This document shows positions 44,529 to 57,806 of a stretch of 64,000 nt of DNA, piece after piece. Below the pieces are notes generated by a model. That model did no database searches and was not told the DNA's origin. It saw only the letters and a program-made list of their open reading frames with translations. The position numbers were made by a program, and so were the translations under genes. Numbering within the stretch: position 1 is the stretch's first letter; each line of letters begins with the position of its first letter. Location: NCBI GenBank assembly GCA_951406725.2, contig OX597822.1, positions 93,124,001 to 93,188,000 on the forward strand, written 5' to 3'. This stretch comes from Octopus vulgaris. Taxonomy: Eukaryota.

Positions 44529-44980
44529 CGCCACGAATATAGCTCAATTATTTTCCAGTTGTGGTAGGCCAGCCACAGATTGCTGTATCAGTTAATTTGT
44601 CGTAAATCCTCAGCGGTATGACTCTCTCTCCTCAGCATGTAATTACTGCTGTCGTTATTTGTAAAAGACCAACACAATTAAAACTCTATGCACTGCAATA
44701 AAACCAGTTATTTGTTCGATTAAAATGTTTTGTAGATTCCAGATGCAGTCACAAAAACAGCACCAGGTGAAGATATTGAATCTTGCGTCATAATTCTACA
44801 GATCTCTACAAGGCTTAAGCGAGGCACATGACGGGGCATAGCTTCCATAATCTGACATGGTGCCGCTTAAGGGTTACTTGACTGATTGTCGGTGACTAAA
44901 TCGGCAACCCCACCAAGCTTGTTTGGAGAAGATGTTATAATTTCGTCTACGGAGGACTGTTAAAAAGCAATTATATATAT

Positions 44981-45096
44981 TGCCAACTAAATGTGGCGGT
45001 CCTATAAAGGATGATGCTACTGTTGTTTTTAGCCCTAGGAGGACATATCCAGCTGGATAACGACACATTGTGTCCGATTAGTATTTGCGCGGGGAA
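44981..45096 (-). ncRNA. Conserved multi-hairpin RNA motif (copy C, 5'-truncated by TA run)
   Basis: Minus strand reads GCAAATA-ctaatc-gGACAC aat GTGTC-gttatccagctgga..tcctAGGGCTAAAA-acaaCAGTA..gcca/tggc. Confidence 0.55.
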
Positions 45097-45225
45097 ATAT
45101 ATATATATATATATAGTCGAACGAATCGATCTCTGGACTTGTAAGCCTAGTACTTAGTCTATCGGTCACTTTTGCCGAACCACTAATTTACGGGAACATA
45201 AATATGCCAGCATTTTAATAATACT

Positions 45226-45275
<50 letters not shown>

Positions 45276-45433
45276 GACGGGTTTCTTTCAGTTTCCGCCA
45301 ACTAAATCCACTCACAATGCTTTGGTCGTCCCGAGGCTACAATAGAAGTCACTAGCCCAAGGTACCACAGTGGAACTGAACCCGGAACCATATTGTTCGG
45401 AAGCAAACTTCATACCACATAACCACTCCTGAG

Positions 45434-45472
<39 letters not shown>

Positions 45473-45879
45473 TATGTGTGTGTATGTATGTATGTGTGTA
45501 GCGAATTATTTGCTTTTGTACATAGTTATTCTATCTCTATATCATTCATCACCTCCGCCTTCGGTGGACGTTGAACTACTCTCAACACTACCCCTCTTCT
45601 CCTTACCTCATCCCACTCGCTTAACAATACTCCCCGCATTCTTTGTCTAAGTATGACACTAAACAACGTTGGTTTATCTCACCACTGTCCCCATTCTACC
45701 CCCTGCATTTCACCACTCAAGCTACTGACCTTCTAACGCACCAATTCATTTATATTTTCTTTTCTACTTCATGAATATAATATTGAAAACTATTTATCTA
45801 TTCTCTAAAACAATTATTCTCTATGTGAACATTAAGAACTGTCTCTCTCGATTGCTGAGCTACTATCACTCCACGAAGA

Positions 45880-46240
45880 AAAAGAAGAAAGACACAAACA
45901 CATATTCCATTAACTTCTTCCGGGCTGTAATTAAGCCCATCTTTAATAAAATTTTTAATTAATAAATGACATATATCATACTGATGATTTCTAATTAGAA
46001 TGAAATACTGTTTTGAATGATTACCACCGGGAAGAAATTTGAAGAAATTCATATTGAGTAAACAATAAATGAATGAATAAATATATGAATTCTACACATC
46101 TTTTCCCTTATAATTTCCCTAATTTCAAATTCAAATTTCCAAATCCCGCCAAATATTATGAAGAAATGATCGTCTCCCTTGTGAGGACTGCGTCTATAAG
46201 GGAAGATATGTGCTACATATTATCCGTACATCCACGTTTG
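45880..46240 (-). pseudogene. Highly decayed reverse transcriptase remnant (PLE-like)
   Basis: LIDAVL (YxDD-like), NLKL, VEFIYL (FLD-like) and FKFLP..NH occur in the expected order. Confidence 0.3.
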
Positions 46241-46436
46241 CTCCTCTTACAGATAAACTTCACCACCTAACTTATATACAAGATTTAGAATGCCCGACAG
46301 GGGGCGTGATTTGTGGGCAAAGGAAAATTCATAAAACTCGTGATAATTTATTCACGTACACGATAAAAAAGTATCTGCTTTGAAATTTTTCGTCGGCCAG
46401 TGAAGCAATCCTTTTTCACCTCTAAAACAAGATCTA

Positions 46437-46529
<93 letters not shown>

Positions 46530-46532
<3 letters not shown>

Positions 46533-46775
46533 CTAGAACCTTCATACCAAATTTGGTATTATACCACTAAAAAAAATCGGAAGGGTCGTATAGGGGGCGG
46601 GGCTAAAGTCTCCTATATGGGCAGGAACCACAATTTGACCACTCTAGAACCTTCCCCGAGTAATAAAAACCTTCATGCCAAATTTGGTAGATTGATCCTG
46701 AGGTTTGGCCGTGCATAGAGGAAACACACACACACACATACACACACAGGGAATATTATAGTATATCAGATATTA
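46530..46775 (+). mobile_element. Helentron/HINE-like non-autonomous repeat
   Basis: Duplicated accttcat.ccaaatttggta, (CA)n, and an attatagtata end. Confidence 0.4.
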
Positions 46776-47201
46776 CCTTAAACCTGTCAATTGGAATTGT
46801 TTTCTCTTTGAGGCAAGAAGAAAGCTCTGAAACGTGAGATTCCACTTCTCACGACTTATGGAATTGTCTAATCTCGCAAACTCTTGCATCGTTCATGCAC
46901 ACACAGGCAATGCTAGAATGCTTACTTATATATACACTCATGTACGAGACGCTTCAACGCGTATATGCAAACATGTGTGGCTGCTGGTGAATGTATGAAT
47001 GTGCATATATACGTGTATATGTGTTTACACAGATACATATATACCTTTATGTATGTATGTATGTATGTATGTATGTATGTATGTATGTATGTATGTATGT
47101 ATGTATGTATGTATGTATGTATGTATGCATGTATGTATGCATGTATGTATGTATGTATGTATGTATGTATGTATGTATGTATGTATGTGTATGTATGTAT
47201 G

Positions 47202-47288
<87 letters not shown>

Positions 47289-47319
47289 TTATCTATCTAC
47301 TGCTTCCCTCTGCTTCTAC

Positions 47320-47829
47320 TTCTCTCTCTTCCCTTCCCACGTGACCGTTCGGCCAAGCCTGCTCTTTCTTTCTTGGTCTGACCGTTGTCCGTGCAACATC
47401 GATATTCTTCCCTGTATTTGTGAAACTTTTGAATCTCTGCCGTAAGGCTTCATTTCCACATGCGCCAACTTAATTCAATTCGTTCTTAGTCGAAAGACAC
47501 CTGTTGTTATGTCCTGTTATTAGTTTTATTGTATTATATTTGTGTAACATTGTCCGTTTTTTCCGTCCTGGTTTTTGTATACATTCGCTGCATTCTTAAA
47601 AGGAATCTAATGCTCTTTGCTTAGCTTTTCCTTGTGGCTGGCCAGATTGGAGCAATCTCAAGAATAATCAGCCGAAATTTCGTGGATAATCTGGTGCTTG
47701 ACTGAGGAAATAAAACTTCGAATGAACCGTCCTTGTTTTCTATGTATCGTCTATCTGGATGTTTTGTTGTCCCTTTTTGTATCACGAAGCTGTCCGGATG
47801 TTTTGCGTTCTTGTCCCATTTTGTATTTT

Positions 47830-47830
<1 letters not shown>
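47320..47830 (+). mobile_element. Non-autonomous repeat (family of 13872-14030)
   Basis: Sequence similarity; bounded by microsatellites. Confidence 0.55.
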
Positions 47831-47927
<97 letters not shown>

Positions 47928-47951
47928 ATCTATCTATCTATCCATCTATCC

Positions 47952-48062
<111 letters not shown>

Positions 48063-48063
48063 C

Positions 48064-48122
<59 letters not shown>

Positions 48123-48280
48123 CATCCATCCATCCATCCATCCATCCATCCATCCATCCATTAAGTTCGTATACGGGAAACGTTTTGAATATGCATCTGA
48201 GAGCTGGCTACAGCATAATGACGTGAACTGGCAATGCCAGATTTTTCTGGTCGCTCCGAGCCGTGCTAATATTATGTAAG

Positions 48281-48311
<31 letters not shown>

Positions 48312-48391
48312 TAATAATAATAATAATAATAACAATCATCCATTGATGGAATATATATGCATTAAAATGTTCATAAATTCAATCCATGGAT

Positions 48392-48482
<91 letters not shown>

Positions 48483-48636
48483 ATATATATACATATATAT
48501 TTGGAAACGAAAAGGAGAGTGGAGATTTATTCACAGCCAAAACTTTTTATTAAAAAAGTTTTCGACAATATATGTAACAATGACCAACATATGTTTTAAT
48601 GTGAATACATACACACACGTACATACAAGAATGTAT

Positions 48637-48672
<36 letters not shown>

Positions 48673-48687
48673 CTATATATATGTCTA

Positions 48688-48839
<152 letters not shown>

Positions 48840-49344
48840 CTTATATATACTTATATGTATACATATATTATATATCATAAAACTCTCATACATTGCAATA
48901 AAGTTTTACCAGTCGTCCACACACTGTTTCCTAAAAACTTTCTTAATAGTGTTAGAAAAATAATTTCTAACCTGTTATCCAACAAAACATTTCTTTAAAT
49001 CTTTAAAGATGCAGATTTTATTTTTACTATTATAAAGCACTAAAAAGTAGCGGATACGATCACATGTCTTCATAATTCCCGCTTTCCAGTAATATGGAGA
49101 GACGTCATTTCATTGTCTGTTTCACATCTACTTTTCCTGATACGTTAAGCCCATTAACGCTAAAACTTTCTAACCATTATAAATACCGTATTTATTCGTC
49201 TGGAAAAGAAATATAAAATATAATATGCTGCTTAGACTCGGAACGAATCTAAAACTATGAAGGGAAACAATTTTGTACGAAGATTTAGCAGTGAATTCGC
49301 GATGCGACATATACACAAGTGCAACATTTACACGAGTAAATATG

Positions 49345-49442
49345 ATAGGTATTTACCAATTCGACGCAGAGACGGAAAACTATTAAATAGAAATAACATT
49401 AAACTAAGTTACAGCTGTATAACCAAACTGAAAAACATGTAA
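49345..49442 (+). pseudogene. Naiad-type PLE ORF fragment
   Basis: LLNRNNIKLSYSC resembles the conserved FNRN.VK.SYSC linker upstream of the GIY-YIG domain. Confidence 0.5.
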
Positions 49443-49793
49443 ACTAATTAAGTTAACTGAAGCGTATTGTATATGCAGAAATACAAACATTTACTCCACT
49501 GATCATCTGGTGGAAGTGAAGCCAGTACTACAAGCTAACGAAACACTGGTCAGTTTTACGATGCTACCACCGTATTTATTCATCAGCTGTAAATTGCTTC
49601 TACTCCGTGGCATATATCTACAAGTAAGTGAAGTCTGCTATGAGGAATGTATGCGTAGATATTTACGAATTTGATCTGCTAACCTGTCGAAACGTAGTTA
49701 AATATTACTTTTATTTAACCCCTTCAAGTTAATAAAACAAGAAACAAACAATATATGAATATTGGCGCTGGTGTGGCTGTGTACTTCCCAACC

Positions 49794-49837
<44 letters not shown>

Positions 49838-50148
49838 ATATGTGTGTATGTGTCTTTATGCTTGTGTTTGTATCTCACAACCTCTTGACAGCAGGTGTTT
49901 GTTTGTTTACGTCCTCATAAACAAACCAGCACAAAAGCGGTTCGACAAAACTGACGAAAATATTCTGTGTCCGCATTAAAAACACATACACACAAAAAAA
50001 AACAGTTACTGGGGCTAATTTATTCTACTATAACCTTTCAAGATGAAGCTCCAGAATGCTCGCAGTCCAATGACTGAACAAGTAAAACATAAAAAGATTA
50101 AAGATGACCGAATAAAATTGAAGGATCCCCCAGGAAGTAATGTTAGTA

Positions 50149-51204
50149 CGAGGGGTGTATGAAAAGTTTTGAGCCTCACCGAGAAACGGGGCTGCTAGGT
50201 AGCTGAAACAATTTTTTCTGGTAAGTACAGTCTTTTTGGGGGTATCCTTGCTCATTTTCTGATATTTCAATTTTTGTTGTTGCATATTTTTCAATAAACA
50301 AGTGTCAAGGTTACAAGAAAATGGAGAAAACTGAGTATCGTGCTGTCATAAAGTACCTTCATTTGAAAGGCATGACTCCATCAGAAGTCCATGAAGATAT
50401 GGTGAGAACCTTAACAGACAATGCTCCTTTCATATGCAACAGTCAAACGTTGGGTAAATGAATTAAAGCGTGGCAGAGAGAGTGTGGATGATGATCCCAG
50501 ACCAGGGAGACCTCCAACTACAACTACCGAGGACAACATTGACCTTTCTCTTGGTATGATAATGCAAGATCATCGAATATCATGTCGTCAGATAGCCGAG
50601 AGACTGGGCATCTCAACTGATAGAGCAGACAACATTGTGACTTGGGTTCTCAAAGGTTTCTGCAAGGTGGGTCCCTCGTCTTTTGACTCCTGAACAGAAA
50701 AGCACCAGGTACACTTTGTCCACGAGCAATATGAAAATGTTTGAAGCCGATGGAGAGAATTTTCTTGCTCGTTTCATTACTATGGACGAAAGTTGGGTTC
50801 ATCACTGCCAGCCTGAAACCAAAAACAATCAAAGCAGTGGAAGCACACATCTTCTCCTACCCCAAAGAAGGCCAAAGTCATACCTTCAGCTGGCAAGGTC
50901 ATGGCGTCAGCTTTTTTGGATTCGCCAGACTTAGTCCCCTCTGACTTTCGTCTGTTCCCCAAAATGAAAAAAAGCCCTTGCTGATCGCCATTTTGCCAGT
51001 AACAATAACGTCATAGACGCTGTAGGAAGTTTCTCGGAGTCTCAAACAAAAGAGTTCCTCTACGCTGGGATAATGGCGCTTCAGCACTGCTGCAGAACGT
51101 GTTGCTGAACACTTTCAAGGGGGACTATGTTGAAAAATAAGTTATCAGAAGTCTTGTACTATTTTTTTTTTATTTGCGGCTCAAGACTTTTCATACACCC
51201 CTCG
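50149..51204 (+). mobile_element. Internally deleted mariner transposon
   Basis: TIRs CGAGGGGTGTATGAAAAGT / ACTTTTCATACACCCCTCG with TA flank. Broken ORF 50321-51140 (MEKTEYRAVIK, ITMDESWVHH, SPDL.PSDF, GDYVEK*). Confidence 0.9.
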
Positions 51205-51205
51205 T

Positions 51206-51594
51206 TGGAGGCGCAATGGCCCAGTGGTTAGGGCAGCGGACTCGCGGTCATAGGATCGCGGTTTCGATTCCCAGACCGGGCGTTGTGAGTGTTTATTGAG
51301 CGAAAACACCTAAAGCTCCACGAGGCTCCGGCAGGGGATGGTGGTGATCCCTGCTGTACTCTTTCACCACAACTTTCTTTCACTCTTACTTCCTGTTTCT
51401 GTTGTACCTGTATTTCAAGGGGCCGGCCTTGTCACTCTCTGTGTCACGCTGAATATCCCCGAGAACTACGTTAAGGTTACACGTGTCTGTGGAGTGCTCA
51501 GCCACTTACACGTTAATTTCACGAGCAGGCTGTTCCGTTGATTCGGATCAACCGGAACCCTCATCGTCGTAACCGACGGAGTGCTTCCGACCCG
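51206..51594 (+). mobile_element. Full-length tRNA-derived SINE (family 4) with 11-bp TSD
   Basis: tRNA-like head (TGGCCCAGTGG; TTCGATTCC). TSD acacccctcgt at 51195-51205 and 51595-51605. Confidence 0.9.
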
Positions 51595-51775
51595 ACACCC
51601 CTCGTAAATGGGACGACTAAAACAAGTTGATTCAGTTCTTAGAAAGTGATGTCAAGGCGAATATAGATGAAATCGGCGAGTGCACGACTTCGAGTAAAAT
51701 CTTGCAAATAATGAGGGAAGTAAAAGAACGAAAACAGAAACAAATATTTAACAAATAATCAAATAGAATGCTTAC

Positions 51776-51835
51776 CGTTTCGTAGACCTGCCAAAGCTTC
51801 TCTTCCATCTCGGAGATTTGACTCAAGCCCGACAT
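51776..51835 (-). CDS. Candidate first coding exon of a host gene (MSGLSQISEMEEKLWQVYET)
   Basis: Unique non-repeat sequence; aaaATG context; ends at a canonical G|GTAAGC donor, phase 0. No downstream exon identified. Confidence 0.3.
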
Positions 51836-52172
51836 TTTGCAGCGTTCTCTCTCAGAAATATATAAATATGAGATGAGAGTTGGTTATAGTACGGTGATAG
51901 TAGTAGAAATTGTAGTTGTAGATTCTATATTAGTTTGATGTTCAATTTAATATTTTCTTTCTTATAAATACGATATGTTATGTCAAAGCAAGGAGGCCAA
52001 GAATTGCATCTCTATACATATTTAGGCTCACTGTGAGATTTTTCTCTGTGCGTAAGAAAAATGTGTGCTAGGTTTTACACGGGGTGATATGATGTCGGCC
52101 AAGATATCCGGAGCGAAAAGTCGAAAGCATCATTATGCCATTGCGTAAGAATCCACCTGCAAAATAAAAAAG

Positions 52173-52230
<58 letters not shown>

Positions 52231-52346
52231 CATACATACATACATACATACATACATACATACATACATACATACATACATGCATACACACATACACAGA
52301 CATATATATATATACATACGTATATATAAACTCAAGCGTACACGTG

Positions 52347-52412
<66 letters not shown>

Positions 52413-52751
52413 AGTAAAAGGCAAAAGAGTAAAAAGGAAGAGTAGGTACGGTTAGGCAGCTCTTTAATCGCTACAAATGTTTCCATACATACAGATCCTC
52501 GTATATACAGGATTTAAAGTTTAAGTTTACATTAAATTATGTAACGATTTACATGTATAAGAAGATCTATATGTATCTCCTCAGGCGATACAACATCTTA
52601 CTTTTTACTTTTTACTTTTAATTTTCACACACAAGAAATACCTAAGACTAGAATTGGTCGCATACCATAAGAATACTACCGGCTTTTGGGGAATTCTAAG
52701 GGTGAACGAGCTCTATTTGTACTCTTTTACGTTCTTAACAGAACACACGTC

Positions 52752-52796
<45 letters not shown>

Positions 52797-53025
52797 AAAA
52801 TGGAGAAATACATCTAAATCAAATAGCAATTACCAGATAATACTCAATCACATACTTTATTAAACCACCACATAAGAAACTATAGGGTTAAACATAAAAA
52901 AGTAGACCAAAACAGTGTACATAAAGGAGTATACATAAAAAAATGCACATAAAAGAGTAATGTTATACAATAAGTAGAATATATATAAGAGAATATAAAT
53001 ATAAGTAAATATAAATATAGATTAT

Positions 53026-53152
53026 ATCTTACAGCTGTTTCGGCCATGTATATAAGTATGTATCATTTTACTCATGTTAGCCTTTTATGGTAGGTCAATA
53101 TGTAGTTATAAATGAGACATTTACAAAAATATCATAAGGCCTCATCGGAGAT
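53026..53152 (-). ncRNA. Type-I hammerhead ribozyme with a 92-nt stem II insertion
   Basis: ATCT-CCGATGA-GGCC-(92 nt)-GGCC-GAAA-CAGCTG-TA-AGAT; all core pairings intact. Confidence 0.8.
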
Positions 53153-53210
53153 TATGTGATATAAATCAGTCTATATATATACCTATATTGGTGCGGATAG
53201 AAAGATAAAC

Positions 53211-53722
53211 ATGGGTGGTAGTGAAAATAGGTGCAATAATATCAATAGGAATAGGGACACGGGGATTTCTGCCAAGGTTAAATCTCCTCAATCTGTTAAT
53301 AGCTGCAATTTCAGAAGCAAGAATCAATGTGTGTTTGGTAATAAATGCCTGAGGAGAGATTAGTTTACCAATGCACTGTAAATACACAATATAATAGCAG
53401 GGTGTACATTGGTGCGACTAAAAATAGTATAAAACAACGGCTAAACTATCATAGATATACTTTTAAAAATAAAAATAGGATGAACTCTACGGGGTTAAGT
53501 ACGTATATCTGGGAACTCAAGAGTAAGAACATAGATTTTAAATTAGATTGGGAAATACTAACATCTGCACCTGTATACAATAGTAGAAATAAAAAATGCT
53601 CTTTATGTATCAATGAAATTTTCTTCATCATCAAAGCTGGCCTACCCATTATTAATAGCATTAACGAGCGAAATTCTTTTTGCCTCCACAAATTGGCGTA
53701 TACTTTCTCTAGATTTAAATAA
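53211..53722 (+). pseudogene. GIY-YIG endonuclease of a Naiad-type PLE (one frameshift)
   Basis: CN(F)RSKNQCVFGNKCL (CxCx5Cx5C-like), frameshift near 53350, then LVYQ..YIG..KQR..H, LSTYIWELK, CSLC..E and C.H. Confidence 0.85.
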
Positions 53723-54036
53723 CACCTAATTTTTCTACCAGTAATCTTTTAACATTCCTCTATATAGGACTGTACTATTGGTCCTTACAATTTATAATTT
53801 ATAATTTTGTATCTCCATATATATGTTCTATATTGATTGTTTCTGTCCCGACTAGAAAAATATACAAAAATATATAGTTATTCTGATATATGCATGATAT
53901 TCTGATCTCCACAGAGTCTTTTATGGGTGTAGGGTGTATATGCGCATCATATCTTAGGGCACTGGTTTGAGTTTTTGCTATACCAATATGTAATAATTGT
54001 GAGTCTATAATTAGTATACGTTGTTTATTTCGATGA

Positions 54037-54248
54037 GCATATAAGGTTTTTTTTGCGGTTTGTTTGTTTTGAGGGTTGTTGGATTTCTGCTGCACCGGCG
54101 TGGGCTCGGGAGGGGCTGTACCGGCGATTGTGCGCGCGCGCACGCATGCGCGCACAATCGCCGGTACAGCCCCTCCCGAGCCCACGCCGGTGCAGCAGAA
54201 ATCCAACAACCCTCAAAACAAACAAACCGCAAAAAAAAACTTATATGC
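54037..54248. repeat. Near-perfect hairpin palindrome (~101-bp arms, ~8-10 nt loop)
   Basis: Arms are complementary except one position in the T/A run; GC-rich core. Confidence 0.95.
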
Positions 54249-55361
54249 ATGCGCTTGTATATGCATGTGAGTGCATTTCGGCGTATCCACATATATTTAC
54301 TATGTTAAGTTTATCTTTGTACTCATCTTAATTTGTATTCTATTTTATTTATCTACTTATCTATACATATATATATATATATATTTATTTATTTATTTTT
54401 GTTTATTTGGCACTTACTAATATACAATTAATTTAATTTATAATTAATGTACTTATATCTTGATTAATAATAACTTCTGTTTACTTATTGTGTATGTATA
54501 TATACGTCTTTTGATGGGCAGACATATATTTTGTGATTTAGTGAATATGGGTGGAGGTGTCGAGGGGTGTGCATATGTGTATGTATGTGTATGTATGTTT
54601 TTGTATGAATATGTATGTTCATGGGTGGATATACGGATGTATGTTTTTCTTGTACATATGAGTACGCAGGTGCGTATTTAGATATGTGTATATGTATATG
54701 CGAATATTTATTCATGGGTGGATATAAGTATAGGTTTTTCTTATACGTGTGAGTGCGCAGATGTATATTTAAGTATGTATATATGTATGTGCGAATGTTC
54801 CCGGACACAGTATATAAGAGTGTATTAATGTTTATGGGTATGTGCGGATGTGTGTGTGAGTGTGTGTGTGAGTGTATGGACGCTGCTATAGCTTCCCATG
54901 CCTGCACTGATTTATCTATAAGCCACGCGATGACAGACATATATTTTGTAATTTAGTAATATGTGTGGATGTGTCGGGGTGTATTCATGTGTGTGTGCAT
55001 GAGTGTGTGAGTTTTTGTATGGATGTGTGGGTTCAGGGTTGGATGTGTATGTGTATGTTTTTCTTGTGCGGTGCGGTGGAGGTCTGGCGACTCTCGGCTG
55101 ACCAACCGTAAGGAAGACAATGATAATTTAAATTCAAATCCAATGTTGTATTTATGTCATAAGGAACAATACAAACTTGAACTCCTACTAATTATGAATT
55201 TGTGGTAAAACATTTTACCTTTGCCCATATAATACAGTAAATGAATTGATTGCATCGCAATCCTTAACATTTATGTATTAACCTTGTTGGGTACTTCACT
55301 AGCAGTATATTGGATATATGTTATCCCATGGAGGGTTGCACTTACAACGCCTATCTCAATT

Positions 55362-55429
<68 letters not shown>

Positions 55430-55803
55430 TCAGTCATATGACTGCGGCCATGCTGGAGCACCACCTTTAGTCGAGCAAATCAACCCCAGGACTTATTCTT
55501 TGTAAGCCTAGTACTTATTCTATCGGTCTTTTGCCGAACCGCTAAGTTACAGGGACGCAAACACACCAGCATCGGTTGTCAAGCGATGTTGGGGGGACAA
55601 ACACAGACACACAAACACACACACACACATATATATATACATATATACGACCGGCTTCTTTCAGTTTCCGTCTACCAAATCCACTCACAAGGCTTTGGTC
55701 GGCCCGAGGCAATAGTAGAAGACACTTGCCCAAGGTGCCACGCATTGGGACTGAACCCGGAACCATGTGGCTGGTAAGCAAGCTATTCGCCACACAGCCA
55801 CTC

Positions 55804-55901
<98 letters not shown>

Positions 55902-56199
55902 CGCGCGCGGAAATCAAAATGTAACATGGACACGATTAACGGAAAAGGAAAAAGGATAAATAAACAGAAATTCCTCTCATCAGCCAGGGAGACTATACAT
56001 AACCTGAATATCTTGCTTCCTGTACTTCGGTATCAATGTTTGAAATTTATTTTAATGAAGAAAAAATGTATATAAAATGAGAAAGAAAGGAAATTAAATT
56101 TCGTATTATTTCCCAAACCCTTTCTTCGGATCAGGAAACTTATTATTACAGCTAAATCAGTGCTCTATTTCATGCCAAAGATTAGTCCGGAACATAGAC

Positions 56200-56425
56200 A
56201 ACTGAAGAAAGCCACCAAGAAGACTATCAAGGCAGTTGAGACCAGTTCAAGGCGGCCGTGGTTGAAAAGAGACCGCAGGTGGAACCCTTCCGAAAGCGAA
56301 GACTATAATTCAGTCCTTGCTGCCCAGCTCAGGTGAAGCGCACGAGCTAAGGACGAAATTCTTGTGACACTGATATATCTGCTGATGATACGGAAGTGTT
56401 TCCGACATCGCGATTGATTCAGAAG
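56200..56425 (+). mobile_element. Penelope/Poseidon-type PLE 3' end with degenerate HHR
   Basis: IKAVE....PWLKRD...YNSVL resembles the GIY-YIG C-terminus. Then CTGATGA (56382-88), cggaa/ttccg, GACA, palindromic ATCGCGAT. Confidence 0.45.
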
Positions 56426-56534
56426 GAGCAATTGCAGTACTTCTGCGTTGCTCCTATAGTTTTGCATGTGGCAAAACATCTCCGAATTTTGCTTTACTTG
56501 TAACTTAAAAGGTCCAGGTACTTGAATTAAAATA

Positions 56535-57022
56535 CTGTAATCTCTCGACTATCGCGAGTGTTATGTTCCAAAAACCCCCGCGATAAGTGAAACTCCGTGA
56601 AGTAAAAATAGTACTGAAATATATATTGTTTTATTATTTTTATAATTTGTATATATTTATTTTATTCTAAATGTAAAACAACACCCCACACTTTCCGTAC
56701 AGTATGTACGATTCTTTGTTTTCTCATCTACGGTACACTATGTATTTTCTTTTAATATATTTTAATTAATGTGTTATCAGTGTAGTACTGTACTGCATTT
56801 TTATTTACTAATTTATTAATATTTAGGTGTGAAAATGCTTATTTTACCATATGAATAATTAAAATCTAAAAAAAAAACCCAAAAAAACGTAACTACCTAT
56901 CGACCGCAGAAACCCGCGATATACTGAGGAGTCTACGATATAAATTTACAAATAATAGCCAGAAACATCCGCGATGTGCCGAGGGCGCGATAGGTGAAAG
57001 GCGATATGGCGATGGATTACGG
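56535..57022. mobile_element. pogo/Tigger-like MITE
   Basis: TIRs CTGTAATCTCTCG / CGATGGATTACGG with TA flanks. Confidence 0.75.
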
Positions 57023-57753
57023 TATAACATTCATTTACAGAACAAATAAGAATCGCAAATATGTGTTAACGATTGGTGAACTTATTCCTCTGCGCAGATT
57101 TGTGCATATCCGATGCGAACTTTGGAGGCAATTTCTTTAACAAAATCTATCATTCTCAAATAATCTGTGTATGGACATGGAGCCACGATTAACCCCTACA
57201 TAATCCGACCTGTAAAGTATAATAATCTTTCGTCCCTATTGTGCTATCGTCACTTCCGGCTTTCTTTTTTCCCTTTTCAGTTCTTTAGCATTTTATTTTT
57301 ATCTTTTGTTTTTCAGGCATGGCTGTGAAGTCAAGAAGCTCGCATTGCAGCCATGTGGTTCCAGGTTCAATCTCACAGAGTGTCATCTTGGGCAAGTGTC
57401 TTTTATTACACCCCCGAACCAATTAATGCTTTGTATGCGAATTTAGTCGACGGAAACTATGCAGAAGCTCGTCGTAAATATATATATATGTGTGTGTATC
57501 TGCGTATGTGCTTATCCTACACCACCGTTTCACAACCGGTGTTGGTTTGTTTACGTTCCGATAAATTAGCGGTTCGGCAAAAGTGACCGATAGAATGGTA
57601 GTAGACTTGAAAAGCATGTACTAGGGTTGATCTATTCGAAAAACCCTTCATGGCGGTGCCCCAGCATGGCCGCAGACCAATTACTGAAATGAGTAAATGA
57701 TAAACAATAACCGATAAAATAAACTAAGATTTAAACACACACACTCGCACACG

Positions 57754-57806
<53 letters not shown>

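Larger units (their letters stand above)
52795..55364. mobile_element. Naiad-type Penelope-like element fragment with internal inversion
   Basis: Bounded by (TA)n on both sides. HHR on - strand, GIY-YIG on + strand, central hairpin, direct repeats at ~54520 and ~54933. Confidence 0.6.

Noticed and set aside
49535-49592. Additional HHR candidates (also ~30815-30870 and 13930-13965)
   Set aside because: Only part of the core is present and stem I cannot be formed.
51206-51285. Functional tRNA gene (also ~3285-3360 and other SINE heads)
   Set aside because: Poor cloverleaf that continues into a SINE body with a TSD.
53722-54050. SECIS element or selenoprotein, as reported for some Naiad PLEs
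   Set aside because: Cys positions use TGC/TGT, there is no in-frame TGA, and no convincing AUGA..AA..GA hairpin.
54011-54331. Mirror-image ORFs on both strands (also 4059-4263)
   Set aside because: A direct consequence of the palindromes; no protein motifs.
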